Shown: in pieces, positions 36,250-48,830 of the stretch
Position numbering within the stretch: the stretch's first letter is position 1
How the letters are laid out: each line of letters begins with the position of its first letter
NCBI GenBank assembly: GCA_013239625.1
Contig: MU053487.1
Span: 1,197,058-1,261,057, forward strand
Length of the DNA: 64,000 nt
Direction of reading: 5' to 3'
DNA from: Lama guanicoe
Taxonomy: Eukaryota
Notes under the pieces: model-generated
Told to the model about the DNA's origin: nothing
What the model saw: the letters and a program-made list of their open reading frames with translations, nothing else
Databases searched by the model: none
Translations under genes and position numbers: made by a program

Positions 36250-36411
36250 TTCTTGGAATATTTTTTCCCTGTTGTCACCCCTTCTTCCCTAGCTTCATCT
36301 GGCCAAATCTCACTCATCCCTAGTATTCCATTTGAGTGTCATTATCTCCTGTAACTCTCCCTGACTCTCCAGGGCAACTAAACCACCTCTGCTGGGAGTC
36401 CCCTGGCTCTC
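36250..36411 (+). mobile_element. L2 (5' part of an interrupted 3' end)
   Basis: ttcttggaata...ctggccaaatctcactcatcc...tgtcattatctcctgt...ctccctgact; continues at ~37430. Confidence 0.55.
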
Positions 36412-37423
36412 TGTGCGAGTGTTTAGTCACAAAAATGGAGGCAATACAGTTGGAGGGTCCTTAAAAATTAAACAGAATTACTTTTAACACAGCAATTCCA
36501 CTCCTAGGTATATACTCAAAAAATTGAAAACAGATCAAGTACTCAAACAAATACATGTACATGCCTGCTTACAGCAGCACAGTAGCCAGATGGTCAAAAC
36601 CCTCAAATATCCATCAGCTGATGGTGATTAAATAAAATGTAGTATATACATTACAATGGAGTATTATCCAGCCATTCAAATCAATAAAGTACTGATATAT
36701 ACTGTAACATGGATGAAACTTGACAAACATGCTAAGTGAAAGAAGCCAGACACAAAAAGCCATATGTTGTGTGATTCCGTTTACATGAAATATCCGTGAT
36801 AAGTAAGTCCATAGAGTTGGAAAGCAGATTGGTGGTTGCAAAGAGCAGGTGGGAGGGAAATGAGGTGTGACTGTTTAAAGCTTTGTTCTGGGGAGATTGA
36901 AGTGCTTTGGATCTAGAGAGAGGTGGTGATTGCACAATATTGTGAATGTACTAAATGCCACTGAATTGTACACTTTAAAACGGTTCATTTTATGTTCTGT
37001 GAATTTCACCTCGATTTGAAAAAAATGGAAGTGATTCTTCACCTTTCCTTTAGTTACACCCTGTAAAATGTTACATTGCAGTTCCTCCAGTCAAGAACTG
37101 GAGTCTATGTCTCTACGCCTTCAATCTGAATGGTACTTGATACTTGATCTGCTAAATCAATTGTAGCAAAAGTGTCAGGGGCTACTTGTAAACCTAGCAC
37201 TCAAGAGGGCTTTCCTGCTCCCCATCTTTCTCTTGGAGCCTGCCTCCACCATGCACAAAATCTTGAGCTGAGCCAGTTGGAGGAAGAAAGACATGGCCTG
37301 GCCTTCCCATTCCTAGACCTAGCTAAGATTGGTCTAGAATTGTTACACCTCATTTGCCTCCTTACCTGGAAAAAGTGCCAGCCTGGTCTATTTATCATTG
37401 TATGTTTTAATAGATAACTGATG
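36412..37423 (+). mobile_element. MLT1H-type LTR interrupted by L1MB
   Basis: 5' piece tgtgcgagtgtttagtcacaaaaatgg rejoins at 37021 with attcttcacc...ttgcagttcctccagtcaagaactggagtctatgtctc; ends aatagataactgat. Confidence 0.65.
36440..37020 (+). mobile_element. L1MB-type 3' end
   Basis: cagcaattccactcctaggtatatac, atgctaagtgaaagaagccagacacaaaa and gtactaaatgccactgaattgtacactttaaaa; TSD aaaaatgga at 36431-36439 and 37021-37029. Confidence 0.93.
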
Positions 37424-37429
37424 TTTTCT

Positions 37430-37622
37430 TTTGTCCCTGTCATGACAGAAAGCACTTTTAACTGAAATTTATTGCCTAGTCTATTTATCCTGCAACTCTC
37501 TAATTCCTTAAGGAAAGAGATTTGGTCTGTCTTGTTAATTTTTGTGCTCTTAGAACATAGTACAATACTTGGTAGGGAGTAAACATTTTGTAAACCCACG
37601 CTGAATGAATAAATTAATGAAT
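37430..37622 (+). mobile_element. L2 3' terminus (continuation)
   Basis: ttccttaaggaaagaga...gtctgtcttgtt...tgaatgaataaattaatgaat. Confidence 0.7.
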
Positions 37623-37683
37623 ATATACACATACGTTTAACAATGAAATTTGAGTCCTGCTGAAATTGTTAATACAAGCTAGC

Positions 37684-38025
37684 GTGATGGTTTTTATATG
37701 TCAACTTGACTGGATCATAGGGTGCCCAGCCATTTGGCTAAATGTTATTTCTGGATGTGTGTGTGAGGATGCTTCCAGGTGAGATTAGCGTTTGAATGTG
37801 AGGACTCAGTAAAGACTGCCCATCCCAGTGTGGGTGGACGTCATCCACTCTAATGAGGTGAGGGTCTGAATGGAACAGAAGGCAGAGGAAGGGAGGATTT
37901 GTCTCTTCTGTCTGCTAGAAAAGCTGGTACATCTGTCTTCTCCCAAGGAATGAGATTTATACCAGTTGACTCCCCTGGTTCTCAAGCCTCTGGACTCAAA
38001 CTGAGCTGACACCATGAGCTCTGCA
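37684..38025 (+). mobile_element. MLT2-type LTR, 5' portion
   Basis: gtgatggtttttatatgtcaacttgactgg...ggtgcccag...gagattagcgtttgaat...ctcccctggttctcaagcctctggactc. Confidence 0.88.
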
Positions 38026-38999
38026 TTTTGAAGAAATTCTCAGATTTGAGTTATGTGTATGGCTTGATTTTTCCATATATGTTTGCTTTATTAGAGATTC
38101 GGAAGCACCAATATGAACTTTAGTTCTCTTATTGTAAGCTTAGTCTCATGGCAAGTGTTGCTTGTCTCAGCTGCATTGATGTCTCACACTACTGTGAATG
38201 TCATATTGCTGTTTTTTTAGATCTTAGGCAGTATTTAAAATTTTTTTTGTATTTTTAATACTTACTGAGATTTCTAATGTTTTTGTTATTTTATTTGTCT
38301 GTCTTCCTACTTATGTCATTCAAAGTAGATTTCCATTTTCTTTATAACATTTATTCTCATACTACAGGAGATAATATTAAGAGATATTATTCTAGTGTTT
38401 AGGGAAGAATTCCCAGTTCCACGTTCCAGTGTCTTCTCTGCATAATCCACATTTTATATTATATATATTTCTGTTTAAAATGAGGGTGCATCTCTCTAGA
38501 CATGGTGTTTTCCTACATGCAGGTGGGTGTATTGGCCATGGTTCCTCTACTTTTGATTTGGACTCTGGTTGGTTTTTCCATTATCTAGCATAGTTTGTAG
38601 TATTCAGCAGAATTTTCCTAGTAAGACTCTGGGCACTTATTTGTCTCTTGCTTGATGTCATCTAAACTCTAAACTAGAGGGTACATTTTTTAAAAAATCA
38701 GCAGTCATTGTATGTTGTGTCTAGTGATCTTCCAGACTCTACATACTCATGGAATAGTTTGTTCCAGGGGATTATGCCTCCAAAGATTTAACACATTGCT
38801 CCCACTTCTCTGAAAGTGTCCTATCACTTGTTTTCAAGGAGTTATCTCTGAATACACGGAGATAGAATGCATAAAGGGGGAGGAGCATCTACTCAGCCTC
38901 AAAAATAGTGTCTATTCCTAATTTTTCCATTTGGTACAGCCTAAGCCAGGGAACTCTTAGTGAGAAATGAGAAAAGAAAGTGTTTTATTAGTGAGTCCT

Positions 39000-39378
39000 G
39001 TGGTGTAAGTAAGTAAGAGATACCTGCTCAGGACAGAGGCAGGTACTTTCCAGCTGTTGGGAGTACTGACTGCAGATGATTCAAAGTCTCTCACCATGAA
39101 TCATCCATCACTGAAGGGAGCAGGACTGTCAAAGGTTAAGTGTGCTTCCTGGGTACAGTGATGGATCATCGCCGGCGTGCACAGGCCCTGCTCCCAGTTG
39201 AGAACGCTCTGTGGAGCCATCCAACTTCCAGAGCTGATAACTAAATCACAATTAAACTTCTCCCCCACCCCTACCCCATCTCAGCCTGTTTCCCTCACTC
39301 TCTTGCAGGTGTCACTTCTAAAAACTCTTCCTAATAAAGCAACTGCATGCACATTTCCATTTGGGAAAACCTGATACA
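39000..39378 (+). mobile_element. LTR16-like ERVL LTR
   Basis: gccatccaacttccagagct...tttccctcactctcttgcaggtgt...cctaataaagcaactgcatgcaca...gggaaaacctgataca with polyA signal. Confidence 0.6.
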
Positions 39379-40339
39379 GGAAAGTCTTCTCACTCTGTTT
39401 CAGTTGGTTAAGGTTATTTTATTTCTGGAGCCAAATGTGTGTTTAGATCACCATTTCTTTTCCCCTAGATCATGGTCTGTTGTTACCATTAGTGAAACTT
39501 GCTCCTCGTGTTTGGCAACAGGTGATCTTCTGATTGTAGTTTTTACTCTTGTGAATTTCACTTTGCTGCCGTACCTTCATGATGTGTTAGCGGGATGCTA
39601 GGTGAGGCTGCTTCAGGCGCAGCTTGCCTTTCGCCATTTTGAACTCAACAGTTTTTCATTAATCTTCAAATGGTACAAACTGTGTGGGGACTCCTGGCAG
39701 TTAACACAAATGGAAGTGTCAAAAAAATCCTAGCCAGATAATAATTTTAGTCATTACCTTCTGTCCTCCTAAATTATCCATGACATTTCAGGCTGTGTAC
39801 TTGAACTAAACTCATATTTGTTTATTTTCTGGAAATTTTTCTGTATTCTAATGAGATCAAGAAGCTGACTAGCTCAAACCTAAGACTTCAATTCGAGTGT
39901 ATTCTATAGGTACCAAGCCTTGGGCCTTCCTGAGGGGAGTTCAGGGCCCAGGAGCAATCCAAGGAGCTCTTTCAAAACACTTTTATATGTGTGCATAACA
40001 GCAGAGACAAAGAAGGAAAGAATGCATGATGAGCAGTCTGGTGCCTTGGCACACAAGGGGAAAGGGATAAATAAAACAAAAACCTGGGTTTAATTACAAC
40101 TCAGTTTACTAGCTATATAATTTAGGGCAATTTTCCTAAACTTTATATTAAAAAATTTTTTTAATGTGACATTTCTTTAACATTGCCAACTTTATTTTGC
40201 GCATTTGTGTCAGAATGTTTAGTTTCCAGGTTTGGGGACCCCTCAAACTATATAATTTGCTTTGAGAAGTACACTTAAAATACAATTTTTTGATTGTTTA
40301 AAGCTGCATTCAACATCAAACTTACCTTGGGTAATTTTG

Positions 40340-40490
40340 GGCAACTTAATGTCTTTCATATCTCTTTTACAAATGAGAAAATTAATATTCCATGGTTTAA
40401 AATGTGTACATTTATATTGCTCTCAGTGGCAGAATCAGTACTTAAGCCCCAGGTTTCACTTTAGGTCCTGTGGTCTGTCTAGCACACATG
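40340..40490 (-). mobile_element. MIR
   Basis: ttttacaaatgagaaaatta...agtggcagaatcag...cccaggt. Confidence 0.55.
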
Positions 40491-41414
40491 ATGTTTCTCA
40501 CAGGTGACCTCATGGCATAGGGTGGGGGGAATGGGAACTGGGGACAGTGGGATGGTGGGGGATGGCATTTCTTGTTTCTTGGAGCCTTCTGTCACTTGGT
40601 GATTTCCCCAGGTGAACCTTCATGCAAAATAATAATTAAGGTCTTTAAACTTCTTTCAGCTTCTATTTTTAACATTACCAAACTTTATGGTAGTATGAAG
40701 TTTTCAAAATCTCTAAATCCACTCCCAAGAGACCTACTTACTTATTCAACGTTAAAAATTGTTTATAAGTACACGTACATGCTAAGACCGTTTAAACAGA
40801 ACATGAGCATATGAAACTGAAAATAAAAGCCTTGGTCTTCACATCAGTCATACTTTTCCCCCCTAAATTAATCATGACCAACAGTTTCTGGTGTATTCTA
40901 CTGAAAGTTTTATCTATCGATCTGTCTGTTTGTCTATCTATCTATCTATTTTATCCTTCTGTCACATGTGTGTGAGTATATGTTTGGCTAGTGTGAGTAT
41001 ATTCATTGCATGCTATTTACATGAAATAGATCATATGCTCCATACTGTTTGTCACCATATTTTTTCACTTAATGTATCTTGAAAATCTGCCGATAGTGGG
41101 CAATGGTTTGTGAGGTTGGTATCAAATTACTGTTGTAGCCTGACTTGCTCTGGCCCTAGACCTCCTGATTCTTGTCTGCAGCATCATCTGATATTGTCCT
41201 GTTTGAGCTCCTTCTAAGATTTTTCACTCTGGGGCACAAGAGTGAGTTCTTCCCAGCATGGTCCCAGCTGCCTCCTTGGCACTGAGTGTTTGTGGGGTCA
41301 TCCCTTGCACTTTGTATCCAAGAGGAGGAGTGCCTCTCAGCCCCTCGATGGCAAGTTCCCTAATGCAGTCCTGAGTATTGAATTTGAGTAGGATATTGCA
41401 GGATGAGAACTTTC

Positions 41415-41547
41415 ACTAGGAGCTGAACCAGCTGGCACCTTGATCTTGGACTTTCCAGGCTCCATAATTATGAAAAAATACATTTCTATTGTTTAAACCA
41501 TCCAGTCTGTGATATTTTGTTATGGCAGCTCAAGCAGAATAAGGCAC
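41415..41547 (+). mobile_element. MLT1 LTR 3' fragment
   Basis: gctggcaccttgatcttggactt...catttctattgtttaaacca...tattttgttatggcagc. Confidence 0.85.
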
Positions 41548-44500
41548 CAGGTATGAAAAAAAAGCCTAGAGAAAATCAACAGGGCATGAAGCGGATGAAG
41601 CAGAGCAGATGAGGGCCAGGGTCATGTTGGTAGCACATACAGTGGGGTTAGAATCATGGGGCAGGAAGTCCAAGTAAGCACTATGTTAAAAATAAAACTG
41701 CTTCAGGAATTAAAGTTCACAAACCCTGGTTTGCAGAGGGTTGTGCCTTTTATGTGTAGTCCCGGTCTTCTCACCAGGGCTGAAGTGAACCTTTCTCTAG
41801 CAGGAGTACTCAGATCTTTTCACCACACACCCCTCCTTGCAGAGCAAAATGAAGACACATCTCAGGGGGGTTTAGGGGAGAAGCAGAAGCTTAAGGAGCT
41901 TATGCAAGATGGAAGTTTCAATCCTACTATGTTTATCTTAATGTATGAGCAATTTGCATTCTACTTCTTAATATGTCTGCATTTATTTTTACAAAGAAAA
42001 AAATGTACATTTCCTTACTGTGGGATAGAGTTGGTTCTGCGAAAAGATAGGACAATAAGCTATGTTTATCCTCTATTTATGGCCCTCCACTGCCCCTGCC
42101 CGACTGGCAACACAATATCTTGTACACCCCTGGGGAAGGGAGATGTGCCTTCTGGCCCAAGAAGCCGTATAAAGGAACTACAACAGCCCAGAGAGCAACA
42201 GGAAGGGCCTCCGTCTGCACGGAAGGGCATTTGGTTGGCATCTTACAAAACAAAAACATTAAATAGATCATACTACCTTTCTAGATTCTTGCCAGAGACA
42301 GTTTGTCAAAATTTTCAGTTCTGACTTTCCTTTTAGTGCAGCAGCAATCACAAAGGCAGGGCTCTAATTTAAACAACATCCCCGGGAGACAAAACACTGC
42401 TCGAGAGGGCAGGAACGAAGAGAACGAAGCACAGAAAAATGATCCGAAGCCCTGAAGCTGTTGCTACTTGTCTCTATCAGTTTCCAAGCACCGATTTGGG
42501 CAGAAAGCGTTTTCTGTCATTTGAATGAGAGCCAGAAAGTCAGTCACCTTCCGCTGGACTAATGCCATTCATCTGGTTTTGCAACTTCCACTTTATTGTG
42601 GTTTTTCAGTCTTGATGTGCTGGTGTGTATGCACAGGATTTAATGTGATCAGAGGGACTCGAGTGATTCGCTCAGCATATGATCCACGCTCTTTGTCATT
42701 GTATAACCTTCACATAGTCTCTTTATCTTGGAAATGCAAAGCCGCATCCACCCCTGTGGAAAGCCATTCCCAGTAAGTGGTCTAGAGCGTCTGCGTGGAT
42801 TCCAGTCCCATCTAGCTTAGGGGAACTGTGTCTGGCACTTTGCAGAACTCAAAATGATGATAATGTAGCACAGCTTTTTCTTAGGAGTGTCAGAAAATAG
42901 GCACGTGTTCAGAGGATTCTCACAGAAATGTGTATTGACCTATTGTGATGGTCATGGTTTGTGGAGGTCCTTGTAAGTCGTTCCCCAAACTGAAGTGTGA
43001 ATCAGGATTTGAGGTCAGAACTAGGTACCCTATAGAGAATTCTCAGTCATACTGAGACCTAAATTTGAAGGAGAGTTTTCTGATTTGCAGAGAAGTTAGA
43101 AGGTCCAGAAACAGCATCCATCCATCCAGGCTTCCATTAACTTACTCCTCCATAGTAAATAATTGATGATGGTAAGATAAAATCACTCGTTTCCTCTCAC
43201 ATAATCTGAACAACTGCAGGCCAGTTACTGCCTTTTATTTTCAATTATTGCCTTTAAAACCCACCAGATATGAAGCCCTGTTAGGTGTCTGAATTCAGAT
43301 TAAGAGGTGTTTGTTTGTTTGATTTTAAAGCAAAAACGAGATGAGTAAAATCACTAAAAATATAACTTAATTTTTAAATAAAACAAGAATGATATCTTAA
43401 ATGTGTTTGTACTTAAGGAAAGCAAAAACAGTGAAAAACAAAAACATAAAATGATGCAGTGCAAAAGACCAGTAAGAAACTGAGTGTTTTAAAGAGAACT
43501 ATTTTTGGAATTATTTATGTATGCACAGTACATTTAGCACTTTAATAGTGGTTGTGAAACTATATTTCTCTGAAACCCTGATATTCAGGTGCTGGGACCG
43601 AGGTCATGTAGCCTTAAATCGGAGCCGTCCTATTTTTCCAACCGTGTGTATCATTTGTCACCAGTACTCAAGGAGATAACTACAGAGATTGAGAGTTAAC
43701 AGTTGGAAACTTGGGTTGGCAAAGTAATTTAATGTCTATTCAATCTAGTAATACAACTAAGTGGGGTTTGTATTTTTTTTTATCTTTGCTTTTGATTTCA
43801 TTTTTCTAATAATTCATTGATACCACATTGTACTAAAATTTCAGTCCATGGTGGGCTGGAAATAAAACAAAGCAAAGCAATGTTAATATCAACCAAAACA
43901 TATCCCTCTCATTAGTTAGAAAAGCTTTCTTCTAGAATTCCCTTTGTCTGGAGTGTGTTTTCCGAAGCACCTCACCTCCCTGGCACACACTGGTATTCAC
44001 CCAGCACATTCATTTATTTCAGTGCAAGGCTACAGGTAAAAGTGCCTCCTCTAATACCGTCTTCACCCAAATAACATTTCACGTTTTCCCTTAACAAAGC
44101 TTATTTAATTATCTTGTTTTTTAGAAATGACTTTAAATAGAATACTTATTTAAAAAAAAAAAACCACTTTCTTCTGACAAAGTACACTTGACCCTTGAAT
44201 CGACCTCGTACAGCAGCTCGTAAGCCATAATGACGATAATAAGTTTTAATACCAAACACCTTCTGCTTTTCCTGGCAGAGTAACAGCATCTTTGCTGACA
44301 CTGGTGACACACTGCCTTGGGGGTGATGCCAGTGAGGGGCTGCCTGGTTGAAACTGCAGAAAAGTCTGCCCTCGGCTGCCTGCCCCCCTGATGGGCCTGT
44401 GCTCCCAGAGGCTGATTCATCACCTAAAAGCAGAGGTGTCTGAGGGCCTGTCAAAGCTCTTGCTGCATTGCAGGGTGCAGAGAGCTGGAGCTCCCTGGGG

Positions 44501-44978
44501 ACCACTGAGATTTTTGAACCAGAGTTTCCTGCTGGCCTATTACAAGCAGCAGCTCCTCAAGGTCCTTATTAAAATTGCACAGGGGTGCTTCACAAATAAG
44601 GCTCTTGAGTATGGACATGAATAGTGACCAACTTCAGGCTGAATCTGGAATGTTTCAGCCAAAGAAGTCAGAATTTTTCTAAGAAGAAATGGAGAGAGTA
44701 GCGTTCAAAGGAAATTCAGCTGGGATGGTGCTGGAGCTTCTGTTTGAAGTCCTCAGTAAATCCCGCCCATCCCTGTCTTCCTCGCATCCTATAGCGATCT
44801 TCTAAGGGGAAAGACCCTTTGAAATTCATGGGAGTTCCTCTGTTTGATCAGCTTAATGGGATGTGGAGCAATATAAAGTGAGGATGCTAGCAAAGAACAG
44901 CCAGTAGGGGATGGAACCAACATGGTACATGCTGTTATGCACACCTGGGTGAGGACATTACTGCTTTTTTTTTTTCAC

Positions 44979-45314
44979 TACTGTGAACTGAATGTCACCC
45001 CTCAAAACAAAATTCACATGTTGAGACCCAAACCCCCAGAACCTCAGAATGTGACAGTGTTTGGAGACAGGCCCTTTAAAGAGGAAATGACATTAAAATG
45101 AGGTGAGGAGTATTGATCCTAATCCAATCTGGCTGATACTCTTAAGAAGAGGGAGACCATGTGAGGACACAGCAAGATGGCAAAGGGAGATACACTGGAA
45201 AGAACTAAACCTGCTGATAGGGTGGCTTACGGCTCCAGAACTGTGAGAAATAAATGTATGCTTAAGTCACCAGTCTGTGGCATTTTGTTATGACAGACCT
45301 AGCAAACAAATATA
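44979..45314 (+). mobile_element. MLT1B-type solo LTR
   Basis: aaattcacatgttga...acctcagaatgtgacagtgtttggagacaggccctttaaagagg...ctccagaactgtgagaaataaatg...ttttgttatgacagacctagcaaac. Confidence 0.88.
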
Positions 45315-45894
45315 CTGACGTATGCTGATGGCAGATGAAACTGCAGTCTACTTTTGTGTCTCACGTTGTTTTATCTGAGGATGGAGAAAATATAAAGGCG
45401 TGTGAGTGAGGATGTGAATATCTGGGCATACGTGTGATATAAAGGTTACTAACTGTGACTGGGTCTGCAAACCATGCAGATTCCTTTCTGCATAGCTCTG
45501 CTAAATACAGAGAGAGAATAGTCCACCTTTGCAGAATGACTTGAGTTTGATGGTTGAAATTCATACCCGAAGGGGCTGCCCTTGGATCTCACATCTGCCA
45601 TGGCATGTGAAGGGCCACCTCAAGTAAGAGAGCTGATTTTAGGGATTTTTTCTTGGTGGGTGTCAGTGAAGAGAGTAGGCTTTGAAACTCTGGTCACGGA
45701 ATACCATTTATGTCAAAAGCTGCGATCTGAACAGAGATTAAAGACGGTTCACTGTGTCCTCAAAATAAAGAGCCTCCCTCTCATTGGTAAAGTCATCTTC
45801 CAAGTTCCATATTTAGGTTAGTGGTTTTCTCCTTACTTTCGACTTTCAGACAATCAAAAAATGTATCATCAACTTATGTAAATTTCAGAGCCCA

Positions 45895-46350
45895 TTTATG
45901 TATTTATTTATTCATTCAACAAGTACGTATTTCATACCTACTATGTGCTGGGCATTATGGTAAATTCCTAGGAACATTGTTCTTGACTTTATGAAATTAA
46001 AATTCTGAAGTGTCAGAGAGGGTATGAGGCTTGGGGAAAGCAAGCAATCGTTCAAAAAAATACAATTATAATAGATGCTCTAAAAAGAGAATCCTGGAGG
46101 ATGAGAGTTCTTTGCAGAAGTTCTAAATAATGTGAATAAAGAGTCCAGTGAAGAGCTAAGGGAAGACAGCTCCAGCAAAGGGAAACATAAAGGAAACTAG
46201 TCTCAGATGCATGTGTTCAATGAACAGAAGGAAGAGTGTATCCGAAATAAAGGAGATGGAGATTGGTAGAAAGGTGAATTCAGCCTCATCAGACTGAGCC
46301 ATAGAGTTTGGAATTACCTAAAGTACATTTGGAAGTCATTGGAGGCAGGC
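45895..46350 (-). mobile_element. L2
   Basis: tttattcattcaacaagta...cctactatgtgctgggca...tccagcaaagggaaaca. Confidence 0.7.
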
Positions 46351-46809
46351 TAATATTTTTAAATAATTGTTTTATTTGTCAGATACTCATGATATACTGT
46401 GTCGGTGATGATGCTTGTGTAGGGGCTACCTGGTTTAAACTGTAGAAGAATAATTGCAGGAGATACCTGAGATTAATGTAATTTACACAATGTTCTCACC
46501 TTCCCAAAATAGCTCTAAAGGAATGGCATGGCCTTGTTGAGGAATTTAAATTACTGAATAGTAGTTTCAAGGGTGCCATTCAAAGTTCCAAGTGGAGAAA
46601 TAAGTTGATCAGAACTGTTCCCTGGACAAACAAACAGAGCAGAGGAGAACGTGTGGGCTAGAATTGGCCATTTTGGAGTTGGAGAGTCAGGTTAAGAGGG
46701 TTCTTCAGTAGCTCAAGAGAAGAGGTGATATTTGTTTCTGCCAAAGTAGCATCATTGGGGAGTGAAATGCTAATATATTTCAAAATCTGAAAAAATGTAA
46801 AATGTCCAT

Positions 46810-48830
46810 ATTGAAAGGGAAAAAATGATTATCTTAATAGACTTGGAAAAAGCATTTAATGTTCAGCATTTGCTAAGATAAAAATTATCAGAAAACTGGA
46901 AAGAGAAGGCAGCTTCCTCAACTTAAAAAAGTTATAGATTAAAACCTTCAGCAGATCTCTTACTCCACATAAAACTTTGGATGTATCTGCTTTAACACTG
47001 AAAAGCTAACAGTTTAATTTTCAATATTATTATTGCTCAATATAGTTTTGTAGGTACAAACCAGTGCAGTAGGACAGAAAAAGACCAAACAAAAATAAAC
47101 AAACAAACAAACAAATAAATAAATAAATAAATAAGATAAAGTAAGAGAGGAAGAGACAAAACTCTGATTTGTAGCCAAAAATATGATTACCTACCTAGAA
47201 AACTTGACAAACTCCATATACAAATTATATAATCAGAGAGTGCAAGAAAATCAAATCACAAAAATCAGTAACATTTCTATATACTAACAAAAATAAATTT
47301 AAAATGGAGTTGAAGTTATAATTTGCAATTTAAAAACTATGAATTATAGAATTAACCTATCAGAATTCTTAAGAAGTTATGGGGAAAAGTTTAGTATACC
47401 TTGAATTCACAAGAGAAAATCTTACATAAGGAGAAATACTTCACTCTCACTAAATGAACCTACAAACTCAATTTAAATTCCAGATTTCAGAAGAGCTTTT
47501 TTTTAGGAACTTGGCTATTTTTGCTTAAATTTATACGAAAGAATACATTTTTATAGAAAGTTAAGGCAACTTTTAAAAATAAAATAATGAAGTTGAAATG
47601 CATTATTTCAAAGTTAAAGACACTCTATTAAGCCAAAGTGTTTAAAATGGGTGGCATTTTTGTGATAGCAGAAAAATAGACCAATGGAAACATTAGAAAA
47701 CCCCTCAACAATGCATTTGGTAATATTATATATGTTAGAGTTGGCAATGCAAACAAGTAAACAAATGAGTAAACAAGGTGTTATTTAGATAGATGGTGTT
47801 GGGAAAACAGAGACGCTAAGTTAAGAAAAATAAAGTTTCATTCCTACCTCACACAACATGAACGAGGAACTAGAATGACAAAGCTAATAGAATAAAAATG
47901 TTAAGGAATATGTTTAGGACCTTGGGGTGGAAAAAATAGTGTTTAAATAAAACACAAAACACAAAAACATACAAAAACACTTGGTTATTCAAAGAGATAT
48001 TGAAAACCATTATGAAAAGTGAAATACACACCCATGCCCCCATCTTCACACACTCCCCCTGCCCTGCACACAGAATGGTACCAATGTAGATGGGTAGAAA
48101 TCTGAACGGCTAGAAAATGTGCTCTCTCACATGATTAATCAGAGAAACAATAGCTAGACAATAAAAATAAATCAGATTGTCAAATAATAAAAACCTCAGT
48201 TAACGCAAACATTGATAGTGTGGAGGGAAACAGGAACTTTATTAATAGACTTGTCATGTTAGTCCCTTAGTGATACTGTGAGCGCTTAGGAACTTTAAGT
48301 TCTCATGTGTCCTGATACCTGAAATCCACCCCTAACAAGATCTAATATGTCACCCTTTTGGGGTAGGCATAAGAACTGTCTTCACTACATTATTTGTGGT
48401 AGTGGAAGATTTGAAGGCTGTCTAGGGTAATGGAAAGATGAAATACAGTAGATGCACCTGTGGGATGCTCTGCAGCAGTCAGAAGCAAATTACAGGCACA
48501 CACCATAATAAGAATGGATTTTTTAAAGCATATTTTTATTTTAAAAGGTTATGAATAAGAAAAAGATTTATACTGCAATAATATATACATGAAATTAAAA
48601 CATATACGTATATTCAAAACAACACTGCGTATTTTTCAAAGGCACATGCATAGCCATGCATTTGTAACGAACACCTATGCCATAAATTTTTTGAAAAATG
48701 AGAGGAGCCTCAGAATGGAGAGAAAAAAATACAATAAACAGGAAAGAAAGTGTAGCAAAAACAAGAAATATCTACTAAGGGGGAAAACTGCCTGAAACAT
48801 ATTCTGGAGAAGGTCATGATACAATGTTTG
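46810..48830 (+). mobile_element. Old L1 (L1M/L1ME-like): decayed ORF2 RT region to 3' UTR
   Basis: atgattatcttaatagacttggaaaaagcattt (remnant of MIISIDAEKAF), atatgattacctacctagaaaac (DMIxYLEN), aaatagaccaatggaa, cctacctcacac; A-rich sense strand; many stops and indels. Confidence 0.85.
47086..47134 (+). repeat. Compound (AAAC)n(AAAT)n microsatellite
   Basis: Directly visible. Confidence 0.9.

Noticed and set aside
36614..36935. Overlapping minus-strand ORFs resembling database hypothetical proteins
   Set aside because: Antisense translations of the L1MB 3' UTR
41656..42324. Longest ORF (222 aa)
   Set aside because: No recognisable domain, composition typical of translated non-coding DNA, no promoter or splice support; an ORF this long can occur by chance in 64 kb
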